Source: a virus | Strand: one strand, 5' to 3' | Virus record (IMG/VR): IMGVR_UViG_3300035703_000044 | Coordinates: 1 to 64,000 of that record | DNA length: 64,000 nucleotides | In this document: positions 1 through 9,719 of the stretch, one piece after another | Layout of the letters: each line of letters opens with the position of its first letter | Position numbering within the stretch: the first letter of the stretch is position 1 | Program-made: the position numbers and the translations under genes | The notes under the pieces: generated by a model | The model's database searches: none | Told to the model about the DNA's origin: nothing | The model's input: the letters and a program-made list of their open reading frames with translations, nothing else

Positions 1-35
1 GACTTAGAGATCTTAGAACTATTGCTCTCGCATAA
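1..35 (+). CDS. 3' end of an upstream large virion structural protein (partial)
   Basis: Frame from nt 3 reads LRDLRTIALA*, resembling the C-terminus of large cyanophage structural proteins that precede the neck genes. Confidence 0.5.
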   Translation, partial: LRDLRTIALA

Positions 36-37
36 TT

Positions 38-265
38 ATGAATTACGCAAAGGTAGAGGGTCACGTAAATTTAGTACGTGACCAAAAAACAAAAGCAATT
101 TTAAATACAGACATGAATGAATATAACAACTATATTGCACTTAGAAATTCTAAACAAAGTAGTAATGATAAAATAAAAAATATTGAGGGAGAAATAGAAA
201 CTGTTAAAAGTGAATTAGGTGAAATTAAAAGTTTATTAAGGGAGTTAATTGATGGATCCAAATAG
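38..265 (+). CDS. conserved hypothetical protein with C-terminal coiled coil
   Basis: 75 aa ORF tightly packed upstream of the neck genes. Confidence 0.75.
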   Translation: MNYAKVEGHVNLVRDQKTKAILNTDMNEYNNYIALRNSKQSSNDKIKNIEGEIETVKSELGEIKSLLRELIDGSK

Positions 266-416
266 TATTTCTTTAGAGGATATCAATAAAATGTTTGAAT
301 ATGAAAAACTTGCAAGAGATATAGATAGTATAGATGAAATTGAAGTAATTAAAAATTACGCAAAGTCTTATATTAAGTTATATTTAAAACAACAAGAAGT
401 TGTATCTAAATTCTAA
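252..416 (+). CDS. 54 aa helical protein, possibly NblA-like (not in ORF track)
   Basis: ATG252..TAA416 reads MDPNSISLEDINKMFEYEKLARDIDSIDEIEVIKNYAKSYIKLYLKQQEVVSKF; GGAG upstream; stop overlaps the next ATG (TAATG). ORF likely real, NblA call tentative. Confidence 0.6.
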   Translation: MDPNSISLEDINKMFEYEKLARDIDSIDEIEVIKNYAKSYIKLYLKQQEVVSKF

Positions 417-802
417 TGGCAACTCACACAATTACATTCGATCCAACATCTGGCGTCGCATATGGATCAAATTTAGTCATCAACACTGGTGCATCATTTT
501 TAGATAGTTTTACCGTAAAAACAACTTCAGGATCTCCTTTTAATTTTGATGGATGGACAGGATCCTCTCAGATGGCAAAAAGTGTTTCCATCGGTTCATC
601 AATGTATGCATCAGCAACTTTTAATGTTGGTTTTACCAGTGCTATTGGTGGCAAATTTAATTTATCCTTAGGAAGTACTGCAACAAGATCTTTGAGTGAA
701 GGTAGATATGTTTATGACATTCTTGTAAGTTCTGGATCTACTGTTTATAGACTTGCAAGTGGCAATGTTTTAGTTATTTCTGGAATATCTTCCGCACCAT
801 AA
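416..802 (+). CDS. virion structural protein (BppU N-terminal-like)
   Basis: Motifs 'NLVINTGASF', 'LSLGSTATRSL', 'GRYVYDILV' typical of this family. Confidence 0.6.
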   Translation: MATHTITFDPTSGVAYGSNLVINTGASFLDSFTVKTTSGSPFNFDGWTGSSQMAKSVSIGSSMYASATFNVGFTSAIGGKFNLSLGSTATRSLSEGRYVYDILVSSGSTVYRLASGNVLVISGISSAP

Positions 803-805
803 ATA
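799..805 (+). promoter_or_regulatory. T4-type late promoter (ATAAATA) upstream of gp13
   Basis: ATAAATA just upstream of the gene; similar boxes precede gp15, the 4561 ORF, gp18, gp20, gp22 and dps; gp55 is in the window. Confidence 0.65.
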
Positions 806-825
806 CCTTAAGGGGTAATGAATAA

Positions 826-1665
826 ATGGCACAACCATCATCTAGACAAGAATTAATTGATTATTGTAAGAGGAAACTGGGTGCTCCAGTTTTGGAAATT
901 AATGTTGCGGATGAACAAATTGAAGATCTAGTAGATGATGCTATTCAGTTCTTTCAAGAGAGACATTTTGATGGCGTATATCCAACATTTCTAAAATATC
1001 AGATAACTGAAGATGATATTAACAGAGGCAAGGCTCAACCAACCTCTGGTGTTGGAATAAGTACAATAACTGTAAATCATAATGTTGGACTAACAACCCA
1101 ATTCAATTTTTATGAAGGTGGGAATTATTTACAAATTCCACCTTCAGTAATAGGAGTTAATAAAATATTTCACTTTGATGGGACAAATACCATTACCAAT
1201 AATATGTTTAGTGTGAAGTATCAGTTATTCCTGAATGACATTTACTACTGGGGATCAACTGAACTTCTCACTTATGCGATGGTAAAAACTTATCTGGAAG
1301 ACATTGAGTTTTTACTTACCACACAAAAACAAATTAGATTTAATAAGAGACAAGATCGATTATACTTAGATATTGATTGGGGTTCGGTAACAGCAGGAAC
1401 TTATCTAATTATTGATTGTTATAGAACTTTAGATCCTACAGATTATTCTAAAGTGTGGAATGATTCTTTCTTAAAGATGTATTTGACTTCTCTTATTAAA
1501 AAACAGTGGGGTCAGAATTTGATAAAATTCCAAGGAGTTAAATTGCCAGGTGGAGTTGAATTAAATGGAAGACAAATTTATGATGATGCACAGAAAGAAC
1601 TCGAAACTATAATGGAAAGAATGTCCAACACATACGAACTACCACCATTAGATATGATTGGATAG
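826..1665 (+). CDS. gp13: neck protein gp13
   Basis: 'LIDYCKRKLGAPVLEINV', 'KKQWGQNLIKFQGVKLPGGVELNG'; synteny. Confidence 0.95.
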   Translation: MAQPSSRQELIDYCKRKLGAPVLEINVADEQIEDLVDDAIQFFQERHFDGVYPTFLKYQITEDDINRGKAQPTSGVGISTITVNHNVGLTTQFNFYEGGNYLQIPPSVIGVNKIFHFDGTNTITNNMFSVKYQLFLNDIYYWGSTELLTYAMVKTYLEDIEFLLTTQKQIRFNKRQDRLYLDIDWGSVTAGTYLIIDCYRTLDPTDYSKVWNDSFLKMYLTSLIKKQWGQNLIKFQGVKLPGGVELNGRQIYDDAQKELETIMERMSNTYELPPLDMIG

Positions 1666-1666
1666 T

Positions 1667-3049
1667 ATGTTAAATCCATTTTTTCTTCAAGGATCAAAAT
1701 CTGAGCAATCGTTAGTTCAAAGTTTAATTAACGAACAACTTCGCATGTATGGTGTTGAGGTTTATTATATTCCAAGAAGATATATCACAGAAAAGACTAT
1801 TATAAAAGAGGTCATTGAATCCAAATTTGATAATGCGTATCCTTTAGAAGCATACGTGGATACTTATGATGGATATGAGGGTCAAGGTACTATTCTTTCA
1901 AAGTTTGGTGTTCAACCACTGAATGATTTGAACTTGATAATATCAAAAGAAAGGTTTGAAACTTACATCTCACCTCTTATAAAAAATATACCAGATATTA
2001 AACTATCCACAAGACCAAAGGAAGGAGATTTAATTTGGTTTCCATTGGGGGATAGATTATTTGAAATTAAGTTTGTCGAACATGAAAAACCATTTTATCA
2101 ACTCCAAAAAACTTACGTTTATGAATTGAGATGTGAACTGTTTAGATATGAGGATGAAGTTATTGATACTGGTGTTGAAGAAATTGATGATAATGTAAAA
2201 GACGATGGTTATATTCAATCTCTAACTATGGTTGGTGCAGGAGTTACTGCAACAGCTGTAACTGGAATAGTAAATGGTGGGGTGAGATTTATCACTGTTA
2301 CAAATAGAGGAAACGGATATAAATCGGTTCCAAGAGTAGCAATATCTTCAGCTCCAATCGGTGGACTTACTGCGGTTGGAATTGCAACACTTATTGGTGG
2401 ATTGGTTGATTGTAATGGAAATACTGAAAATTATAAAGTTCAAGGTGTTGAAGTTGTAAATCCAGGATATGGATACACTGTTGCACCATCAGTTACATTT
2501 GTCGGTGGCGGAGGTGCAGGAGCTGCGGCAACAGCAACCATTGGTAATGGTGTTGTTGGTATAATTACTTTAACCTCTGGTGGTTCTGGATATGTTGGAG
2601 AACCAACGGTAACATTTAGTGGTGCGCCAGGGGCGGGAATAACTGCAACCGCGAGAGCTCATGTAAACACTGCAGGTGTTGTAACGGCAATTTATATAAC
2701 AAATGCCGGACTTGGTTATACAGATACTCCAACAATAACTATTTCATCACCATATTCATCTGGATCAGGAACTTATATTTACAATGAAACAGTGGTTGGA
2801 AGTATAAGTTCCACTACTGCAATAGTTAAAGAATGGAATTTGGTTGACAGTGTATTGAAGGTATCAAATATTTCAGGATCTTTTGTAAATGGTGACGTAT
2901 TAACTGGTTCAAAATCTGGTGCAACATATGAAGTAAGGATAGTGGACGGATATAATAGAACTGATAGATATGCGGAGAATGATACAATAGAAACTGAAGC
3001 TGATGCAATTATAGATTTTAGTGAGTCTAATCCTTTTGGAAATCCATAA
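1667..3049 (+). CDS. gp14: neck protein gp14 with Gly-rich repeat insertion
   Basis: 'LNPFF..EQSLVQSLINEQLRMYGVEVYYIPR', 'RPKEGDLIWFP', C-terminal 'DFSESNPFG'. Confidence 0.93.
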   Translation: MLNPFFLQGSKSEQSLVQSLINEQLRMYGVEVYYIPRRYITEKTIIKEVIESKFDNAYPLEAYVDTYDGYEGQGTILSKFGVQPLNDLNLIISKERFETYISPLIKNIPDIKLSTRPKEGDLIWFPLGDRLFEIKFVEHEKPFYQLQKTYVYELRCELFRYEDEVIDTGVEEIDDNVKDDGYIQSLTMVGAGVTATAVTGIVNGGVRFITVTNRGNGYKSVPRVAISSAPIGGLTAVGIATLIGGLVDCNGNTENYKVQGVEVVNPGYGYTVAPSVTFVGGGGAGAAATATIGNGVVGIITLTSGGSGYVGEPTVTFSGAPGAGITATARAHVNTAGVVTAIYITNAGLGYTDTPTITISSPYSSGSGTYIYNETVVGSISSTTAIVKEWNLVDSVLKVSNISGSFVNGDVLTGSKSGATYEVRIVDGYNRTDRYAENDTIETEADAIIDFSESNPFGNP

Positions 3050-3074
3050 ATAGTTTATCATAATCTCCTGACAA

Positions 3075-4073
3075 ATGTTTGAATATTTTTACCACGAGAT
3101 ATTAAGAAGAACTATTGTCTCTTTTGGTTCTTTGTTTAATAATATTTCAATTAAACATACAAACAACTCAAATGATGTTGTAAGTCATACTAAAGTTCCT
3201 CTTGCATACGGACCAATCCAGAAGTTTTTAGCAAGATTAGAACAAGCACCAAACTTAAATCAACCAGTTCAAATGTCATTACCCAGAATGTCATTTGAGT
3301 TCACTGGATTGACATATGACACTTCAAGAAAGGTAACTACAACTCAAACATTTTTATCTACTATAACTTCTGATAAGACTAAACCAAGAAAGTCTTATAT
3401 GCCAGTGCCTTATAATATGTCATTTGAACTTAGTATTATGACTAAGTTAAATGATGATATGCTTCAGATTATTGAACAGATTATTCCATATTTCCAACCT
3501 GCGTATACAATGAGTGTTGATCTTGTTGAAACCATTGGAGAAAAAAGAGATATTCCTGTTGTTCTTGAAGGAATATCAATGCAAGATGATTATGAAGGAG
3601 ATTATTCAACTAGAAGGGCACTAATTTATACTTTAAGATTTACTGTAAAGACATATTTGTTTGGACCAATCTCGGATGTTTCCAAAGATATTATCGAAAA
3701 AGTTTCTATTGGATACATTGCAGGAGATCGTACAAATACTCCAACAAGAGAAGTTACTTATTCTGTTGAACCAGTAGCTACCAAGAGTTACACTAATAAT
3801 GTTGTCACAAATCTTTCTAAGGATGTAACGGACTTAGCAACTATCATTGAAGTCAATGATGCATCATCAATTTCTGTTGGTGGAGTAATAGTTATTGATG
3901 ACGAAAACTTCAGAGTTGCTTCTAAGTCAGGAAACAAAATCACTGTTGAACGTGGATATGATGAAACATCTCCAGTATCTCATGTTTCTGGATCTGAAGT
4001 TAAACTAATCACCAATGCAGATGCAAATCTAATTCAATTTGGCGATGATTTCGGATTTAGTGGATCATTTTAA
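3075..4073 (+). CDS. gp15: tail sheath stabilizer / terminator gp15
   Basis: 'YFYHEILRRTIVSFGSLFNNI', 'VPLAYGPIQKF', 'LPRMSFE'. Confidence 0.95.
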   Translation: MFEYFYHEILRRTIVSFGSLFNNISIKHTNNSNDVVSHTKVPLAYGPIQKFLARLEQAPNLNQPVQMSLPRMSFEFTGLTYDTSRKVTTTQTFLSTITSDKTKPRKSYMPVPYNMSFELSIMTKLNDDMLQIIEQIIPYFQPAYTMSVDLVETIGEKRDIPVVLEGISMQDDYEGDYSTRRALIYTLRFTVKTYLFGPISDVSKDIIEKVSIGYIAGDRTNTPTREVTYSVEPVATKSYTNNVVTNLSKDVTDLATIIEVNDASSISVGGVIVIDDENFRVASKSGNKITVERGYDETSPVSHVSGSEVKLITNADANLIQFGDDFGFSGSF

Positions 4074-4082
4074 TGAAAGAGT

Positions 4083-4517
4083 ATGAAAATGACAAAAAAG
4101 TTTGATGACCTTAACGATGCATTTAATGTAACAGGAGATATAGTATCTCGTGAGGTTGAATCTATTGAAGAGAAGGTAGAGACAATTGCATCCTCATCAA
4201 TTAATGATTTAAAAAAAGATTATGAGTACACTAGAGGTAACTTATATTCAATCATTGAAAAGGGACAAGAGGCTCTTAATGGTATCTTAGAACTTGCACA
4301 AGAAAGTGAGATGCCAAGAGCTTATGAAGTTGCTGGTCAGTTGATTAAAAACGTTGCTGATGCTACAGATAAATTGATAGACCTTCAGAAGAAACTCAAA
4401 GATATTGATGAACAAAAAGTTAAAGGACCCACAAATGTCACCAATGCACTTTTTGTTGGTTCCACTGCAGAGTTATCAAAACTTTTAAAGAACGGACTTA
4501 CAGAAGATAATAAATAG
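4083..4517 (+). CDS. gp16: terminase small subunit gp16
   Basis: 'KDYEYTRGNLY', 'PRAYEVAGQLIK', 'ALFVGSTAELSKLL'. Confidence 0.95.
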   Translation: MKMTKKFDDLNDAFNVTGDIVSREVESIEEKVETIASSSINDLKKDYEYTRGNLYSIIEKGQEALNGILELAQESEMPRAYEVAGQLIKNVADATDKLIDLQKKLKDIDEQKVKGPTNVTNALFVGSTAELSKLLKNGLTEDNK

Positions 4518-4560
4518 TACAAAGGGAGAGAAATCCCAAAGTACTATCGTTACTAATAAG

Positions 4561-7509
4561 ATGTCAAAGGATGAGTTACCTTCGATTGAGCAATTTGTCT
4601 CAGATGACAATTTGCCATCTATAGAAGAATTTTTAACAGAGGAAGTGGAACAAGAATTACCCTCTGTTGAAGATTTTGTCGAAAAAGAAGAGGATGAAAT
4701 AAAAGAGTTAGTTGAAGAATTTGTACCAGAAGAAAAGAGTTTAGAACTCAATGAAGTTCTTCGATTAATTAATGATGTTAGGGAAAGTATTCCAGACATT
4801 CCAGAAATAAAGTATTATGATAAAGAACTAGAAGATATTTGTGAGTCTATTCAGATACTCGCATCTTCAATTCCAGAAGTAAAATATTATGATTCTGATA
4901 TTGAAAATTTACAAAGTCAGATTCAAGAAGTTAAATCAGAAATTCCCAATGTTCCCAAATGGATAAATGAAGTAAATAATATTCCGGATTTTTCTTGGAT
5001 TGGAAAGACGATTACCATTTTAGATAATAAAACGTCATTAATTGATGATAATTTTTCAAAAGTCAATGACAGTATTGAAACTCTTCGTGAAAGAATTGAA
5101 ATAAACATAAGAGATGTTGTTGAAGAAAACGAAGTAAGGCATTTTGAAAATAAGGTTCAGATTGAATCTGAAATTAAAGATTTAGAAGAAAGATATCAAG
5201 AATCTAAAGATAATATTTGGAAAGAACTTAGAGAGTCATCTCTTAAAATTTGGGAGTATCACAAAGAATTTAAAGATGATGATCGTAAGTTAAAAAAAGA
5301 AATTATAAATGAATATAATTTACTGAAGATCAATCTCGAAGAAAAACTCAAAGAGTTTAATAACAATAGTGTTAAAACAGATCAAGTTTTATTAAATTAC
5401 TTCGAAAAACTTAAAGAAGAAATTGCAAATCTTCCTGAAGTTAAATTTTATGATGAAGATATTCTAAATTTAAACCATAAAATTGAAAAAATTGATGGTC
5501 AATTATCATCATTGGATTATCTTTATGATTTAGTAGAAACGATAAAATTAAATCAAATAGATCTTGAAGAACAACTATCCAATAAATCTTTGTCATTAAA
5601 TGACGAAGACCCACTAACTCCATTAAATCAAAACTTTGCAACTCTTGAAGACCTTTCAAGTCATTATCGTTTATTCATCAATCGCATTCAACAACAACTT
5701 TCTACGATTGGTGGTGGAGGAGAAACAAGATTAAAGTATCTTGATGATATTGTTGGTATTGCTACAAATGCTTCTGCTTATGATGGTAAGTTTTTAAAAT
5801 ACAATCATTCTACTGAAAGTTTTGTATTTGAAACTGTCTCTGGTGGAGGTGGAGGTGGTGGAGAAAGTTATTGGGCATCAACATCTGTAGGAATTCACAC
5901 ACTTTCTAATGTGGGTGTTGGGACCACTGCAAAGAGTGACTTTAAACTTTTTGTTGAAGGAAACGCTAAGATTACGGGAATACTGACTGTAGGAAATCAA
6001 TCAGTAACAATTGATGGAACAAATAATACAGTAAATGTTGGTTCTGGTGTAACAATCAATGGTAACACTGGAATTATCAGTGCAACTGCAATTTATGTTG
6101 GCGGATCTCAAGTATCAACATTCTCCGGAAATTATAACGATCTAACGAATAAACCAGATCTTTCTACTATATCAGTAGCATATGCAACAACTGCAGGAAT
6201 ATCAACAGCACTTCAGAACTCAAGGACATTTGAAATTACTGGAGATATAATTGCTTCACCAATTAGTTTCGATGGAACTGGTAACGTATCACTAGCAGCA
6301 ACAATTCAACCCAATAGTGTTGCTCTTGGTGGGGATACCACAGGTGATTATGTCCAGTCAATCACTGGCACATCAAATCAAATCACAGTTACCAGTGGAA
6401 CTGGTGAAGGTTCTACACCAACATTAAGTATTCCAAGTCAATTCACTGCACCACAAGACGTTACGATTACAAGAGACCTTCAGGTTAATCGTAACTTAAA
6501 TGTTAATGGTAACATTACGATTGGCGGTACTGCTGCTACATTATTCACAACTGAATTTAAGGTTTATGACCCTGATATTGTTCTTGGTTTCAGAACTGAT
6601 GCACTAGGTAATGATATTTCTACTGATAATACTGCAAATCATGGTGGTATTGCGATTGCATCCACGGAAGGAACACCACTCATCAGTCTTTATGATGTTG
6701 GAGTAGGAGAAACTAATCCAGCAACATATAAGAAGTTCATGTGGTTTAAGTCTGGAACTTTTTTTGGACTTGGTACTGATGCTTGGATTAGTAACTATGC
6801 GATTGGTATTGGTAGCACACAAGTACCTAATGGAGTAAGACTTTCTGCCGGTGGAATGCAAGTTACTGATAGTACTTTAAGTGTTCCACAACTGAATATT
6901 TCTGGAGTTACAACATCAACTGGCGGATTTGTAGGTAACATAACTGGTACTGCAACAACAGCAACTAATCTTTCTGATGCTGCAAATATCACTACAGGAA
7001 CTATCAATTCTGCAAGATTAACTGGAACTTATCATATCAATGTAAGTTATGCTACTACTGCTGGTATTGCAACAGTTGCTCAAGGATTAACTGGGACTCC
7101 TCATATTACTGTTGGTGTTGTCACCTCTACATCATTCGTGAAGTCTGGCGGAACTTCGAGTCAGTTCTTAAAAGCAGATGGAAGTGTTGATTCAAGTAAT
7201 TATCTGACCACAACTGGTTCAGGTACAAACTTAACTGGTATCGTAACTTCTATTGTTGCTGGAGATAATATCACTATTTCCGGTTCAACAGGACAAGTTA
7301 CGATTAACTCTACTGGAGGAGGTGGAGGATCTACACTTGGTATTGCAACAGCAGGAGGAACAGTAGGAACTGGTGTTACTCTATTAGACTTTAGAGGTTC
7401 TGGTATTTCTACAGTTACTGTCTCTTCTGGAATAGCAACAATAAATATAGAAGGTGGAGGAAGTTTAACTCCAGAAATAAGTTCAGTAATGATGAGTATG
7501 ATTTTCTAA
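4561..7509 (+). CDS. large virion fibre-like protein (acidic coiled-coil N-half, Gly/Thr-rich C-half)
   Basis: IPEVKYYD-type repeats; 'QQQLSTIGGGGETRLKYLDDIVG'; 'SVGIHTLSNVGVGT'; 'FLKADGSVD' fibre motifs. Confidence 0.75.
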   Translation: MSKDELPSIEQFVSDDNLPSIEEFLTEEVEQELPSVEDFVEKEEDEIKELVEEFVPEEKSLELNEVLRLINDVRESIPDIPEIKYYDKELEDICESIQILASSIPEVKYYDSDIENLQSQIQEVKSEIPNVPKWINEVNNIPDFSWIGKTITILDNKTSLIDDNFSKVNDSIETLRERIEINIRDVVEENEVRHFENKVQIESEIKDLEERYQESKDNIWKELRESSLKIWEYHKEFKDDDRKLKKEIINEYNLLKINLEEKLKEFNNNSVKTDQVLLNYFEKLKEEIANLPEVKFYDEDILNLNHKIEKIDGQLSSLDYLYDLVETIKLNQIDLEEQLSNKSLSLNDEDPLTPLNQNFATLEDLSSHYRLFINRIQQQLSTIGGGGETRLKYLDDIVGIATNASAYDGKFLKYNHSTESFVFETVSGGGGGGGESYWASTSVGIHTLSNVGVGTTAKSDFKLFVEGNAKITGILTVGNQSVTIDGTNNTVNVGSGVTINGNTGIISATAIYVGGSQVSTFSGNYNDLTNKPDLSTISVAYATTAGISTALQNSRTFEITGDIIASPISFDGTGNVSLAATIQPNSVALGGDTTGDYVQSITGTSNQITVTSGTGEGSTPTLSIPSQFTAPQDVTITRDLQVNRNLNVNGNITIGGTAATLFTTEFKVYDPDIVLGFRTDALGNDISTDNTANHGGIAIASTEGTPLISLYDVGVGETNPATYKKFMWFKSGTFFGLGTDAWISNYAIGIGSTQVPNGVRLSAGGMQVTDSTLSVPQLNISGVTTSTGGFVGNITGTATTATNLSDAANITTGTINSARLTGTYHINVSYATTAGIATVAQGLTGTPHITVGVVTSTSFVKSGGTSSQFLKADGSVDSSNYLTTTGSGTNLTGIVTSIVAGDNITISGSTGQVTINSTGGGGGSTLGIATAGGTVGTGVTLLDFRGSGISTVTVSSGIATINIEGGGSLTPEISSVMMSMIF

Positions 7510-7510
7510 A

Positions 7511-7879
7511 ATGGCAGCACCAAATCTTAAAAATCCAACTACAATCACAGGAAAAACTGCAAGAGTTGGTTTAACAACCACTGATACAGTAGGTATTGTT
7601 ACAAATAATACTGCAAGTGGAAAAGTATTAAAAATTAACAGCATTTTTGCAGCAAATATTGATGGAACAAATGGAGTAGATGTGTCGGTAGCAATTGCTG
7701 CGACTGATGGTTCTAGTGCATTTTTCATTGCATCAACAATTTATGTACCACCTGATGCGACTCAAATTCTTTCCACGAAAGAGAGTTATTTTTATTTGGA
7801 AGAAGGAGATACACTTAGAGGAACTGCTTCTGTTGCAAACAGATTGAATATTATTGTTTCTTATGAGGATATTTCTTAA
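7511..7879 (+). CDS. small virion/fibre-associated protein
   Basis: 'MAAPNL..TTITGKT', 'KVLKINSIFAANIDG', 'YLEEGDTL..VSYEDIS' family pattern. Confidence 0.7.
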   Translation: MAAPNLKNPTTITGKTARVGLTTTDTVGIVTNNTASGKVLKINSIFAANIDGTNGVDVSVAIAATDGSSAFFIASTIYVPPDATQILSTKESYFYLEEGDTLRGTASVANRLNIIVSYEDIS

Positions 7880-9660
7880 TGAAAAAACTGGGACTATTAT
7901 CTGGAAGATCATATATTCAACAATCAACAACACGATCTGGTATGTATTCACCGGATGATAATTATGCACTCCAATCAACAAAGGCAGGAACTTTAAGCAA
8001 TTGGAGAAATTTAACTTATTATTGGAGGTTAAATCAACAATCCGATACTGCTTTTTTGAGTGGAGTAAGTTGGACTCCAGACGGTAAAGGTCTTTGGACA
8101 TGTGCTGCAACTGGTGGTACTAATGCCGCATTTAGGCAATATACAGTATCAACTCCCTTTGATTGTTCAACCATAACTCTCATTAATTCGCATTTCAATA
8201 CTAGTAATGCAACAACTGCAAATTATGGTTCATATATTGGTGGAAGTACCAATCCAGCAGGAATTTATGTTGGGGGTAATTATGTAAATGTTGTTGATAG
8301 TGGAGCAGACGCAATTTTTACATATCAACTTGTAGATGATAAAAGTTCAATATTAAGTGCAGATTTGCAATCAGTTAAAACATTTTCAATCGCATCTCAA
8401 GAAACACTACCAACAGATATTGCATTTAGTTCTGATGGCACAAAAATGTATACTCTTGGTGATACTGGAAATGGTATTGATGAATGGGCATTGTCAACTG
8501 CATGGGATGTAACTACTGCATCCTGGACTGCATTTACATCAACAAGTGGTCAAGATACAATACCAACTTCGTTCTTTTTCAAACCAGATGGGACAAGATT
8601 GTGGGTTTTGGGGGATACTAATGATAGGATATATGAATATGATTTATCAACTGCTTGGGATACAACAACGATTACTTATAACAGTGTGTCTGCTTTACTA
8701 TCCGGAGGTGTAGCAAATAGTCAGTTACTACCAGAAGCAATGACTTGGAGTAGTGATGGATTATCTATTATTGTTTATTCAGCAAATCTTAGATATTTGA
8801 ATAAATTTACTGTAAGTTCTGCTTGGTCTTTAAGTGGATTTTCATTCAGTACTCAATCTAATAGTATTGCAACATTTATAACGCAAACTGGACAGACGTG
8901 TGGAATAACATACAATTCTGATGGAACTAGATTGACTGTAGTTGATTCTTCTAATGATGCGGTAACTGAGTTTATTACTTCTGCGTATGGAGTTTCAGTT
9001 ACAAGAATAGGAAGTTTTGTTGTTGGTGATGGCATTCCTGAAGGAGTTTGTTTCGGCGATAATGGAACTAAACTCTATTATGTTGGAAGCTCTGGAGATA
9101 CTGTTTATCAGTATGATTTGAAACAACCATATGTTTCTGTGATGAAAAGTGCAGTCACGCAAAAATCAATATCTTCACAAACTATCACACCATCTGGAAT
9201 TACTTTTAGTTCTGATGGAACGAAAATGTGGATTACTGATACTACAAATGAATATATACTTCAATATTCGTGTTCTACTCCTTTTGATGGCAATACAGCA
9301 ACTTATGATAATATAAGATTTCAAACTACCACGGGAAACCTTTTCAATAATGGAGTCACAACAACTCCTGGAGGAACTTTTAGTGTAGGTACTGATCCAA
9401 ATGGAGTAACGATAGATTCTACTGGAAAATATCTATTCATTAGTACTGACCAAACTGATGGAATTGTAGCATTTTTCTTACCAACACCGAATGCATTAGA
9501 AAGTTGGTCAGGTGGTTGGGCATATATTGCTGTTCCATCAAATCATTTCGGAACTTCAATTAGTAGTATTAATGGACTTTCCTTATCATCTGATGGAAGA
9601 ACATTATTATTATCAGATGGTTCTACAGACGATCTTTTTCAATTGGATTTAAATTTTTAA
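7879..9660 (+). CDS. beta-propeller repeat protein, putative receptor-binding/adhesin
   Basis: Repeated '(G/D)I.FSSDGTKM(Y/W)...(E/Q)Y.LST(A/P)(W/F)D' blades. Confidence 0.75.
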   Translation: MKKLGLLSGRSYIQQSTTRSGMYSPDDNYALQSTKAGTLSNWRNLTYYWRLNQQSDTAFLSGVSWTPDGKGLWTCAATGGTNAAFRQYTVSTPFDCSTITLINSHFNTSNATTANYGSYIGGSTNPAGIYVGGNYVNVVDSGADAIFTYQLVDDKSSILSADLQSVKTFSIASQETLPTDIAFSSDGTKMYTLGDTGNGIDEWALSTAWDVTTASWTAFTSTSGQDTIPTSFFFKPDGTRLWVLGDTNDRIYEYDLSTAWDTTTITYNSVSALLSGGVANSQLLPEAMTWSSDGLSIIVYSANLRYLNKFTVSSAWSLSGFSFSTQSNSIATFITQTGQTCGITYNSDGTRLTVVDSSNDAVTEFITSAYGVSVTRIGSFVVGDGIPEGVCFGDNGTKLYYVGSSGDTVYQYDLKQPYVSVMKSAVTQKSISSQTITPSGITFSSDGTKMWITDTTNEYILQYSCSTPFDGNTATYDNIRFQTTTGNLFNNGVTTTPGGTFSVGTDPNGVTIDSTGKYLFISTDQTDGIVAFFLPTPNALESWSGGWAYIAVPSNHFGTSISSINGLSLSSDGRTLLLSDGSTDDLFQLDLNF

Positions 9661-9719
9661 ATTCATTACTTTGGGGTGCAATTTATTACTAAATATAAAA
9701 AGATCCTTGATATCATTTG

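Noticed and set aside
4561-9660. Diversity-generating retroelement acting on the fibre genes
   Set aside because: No reverse transcriptase and no template/variable repeat pair seen in this window
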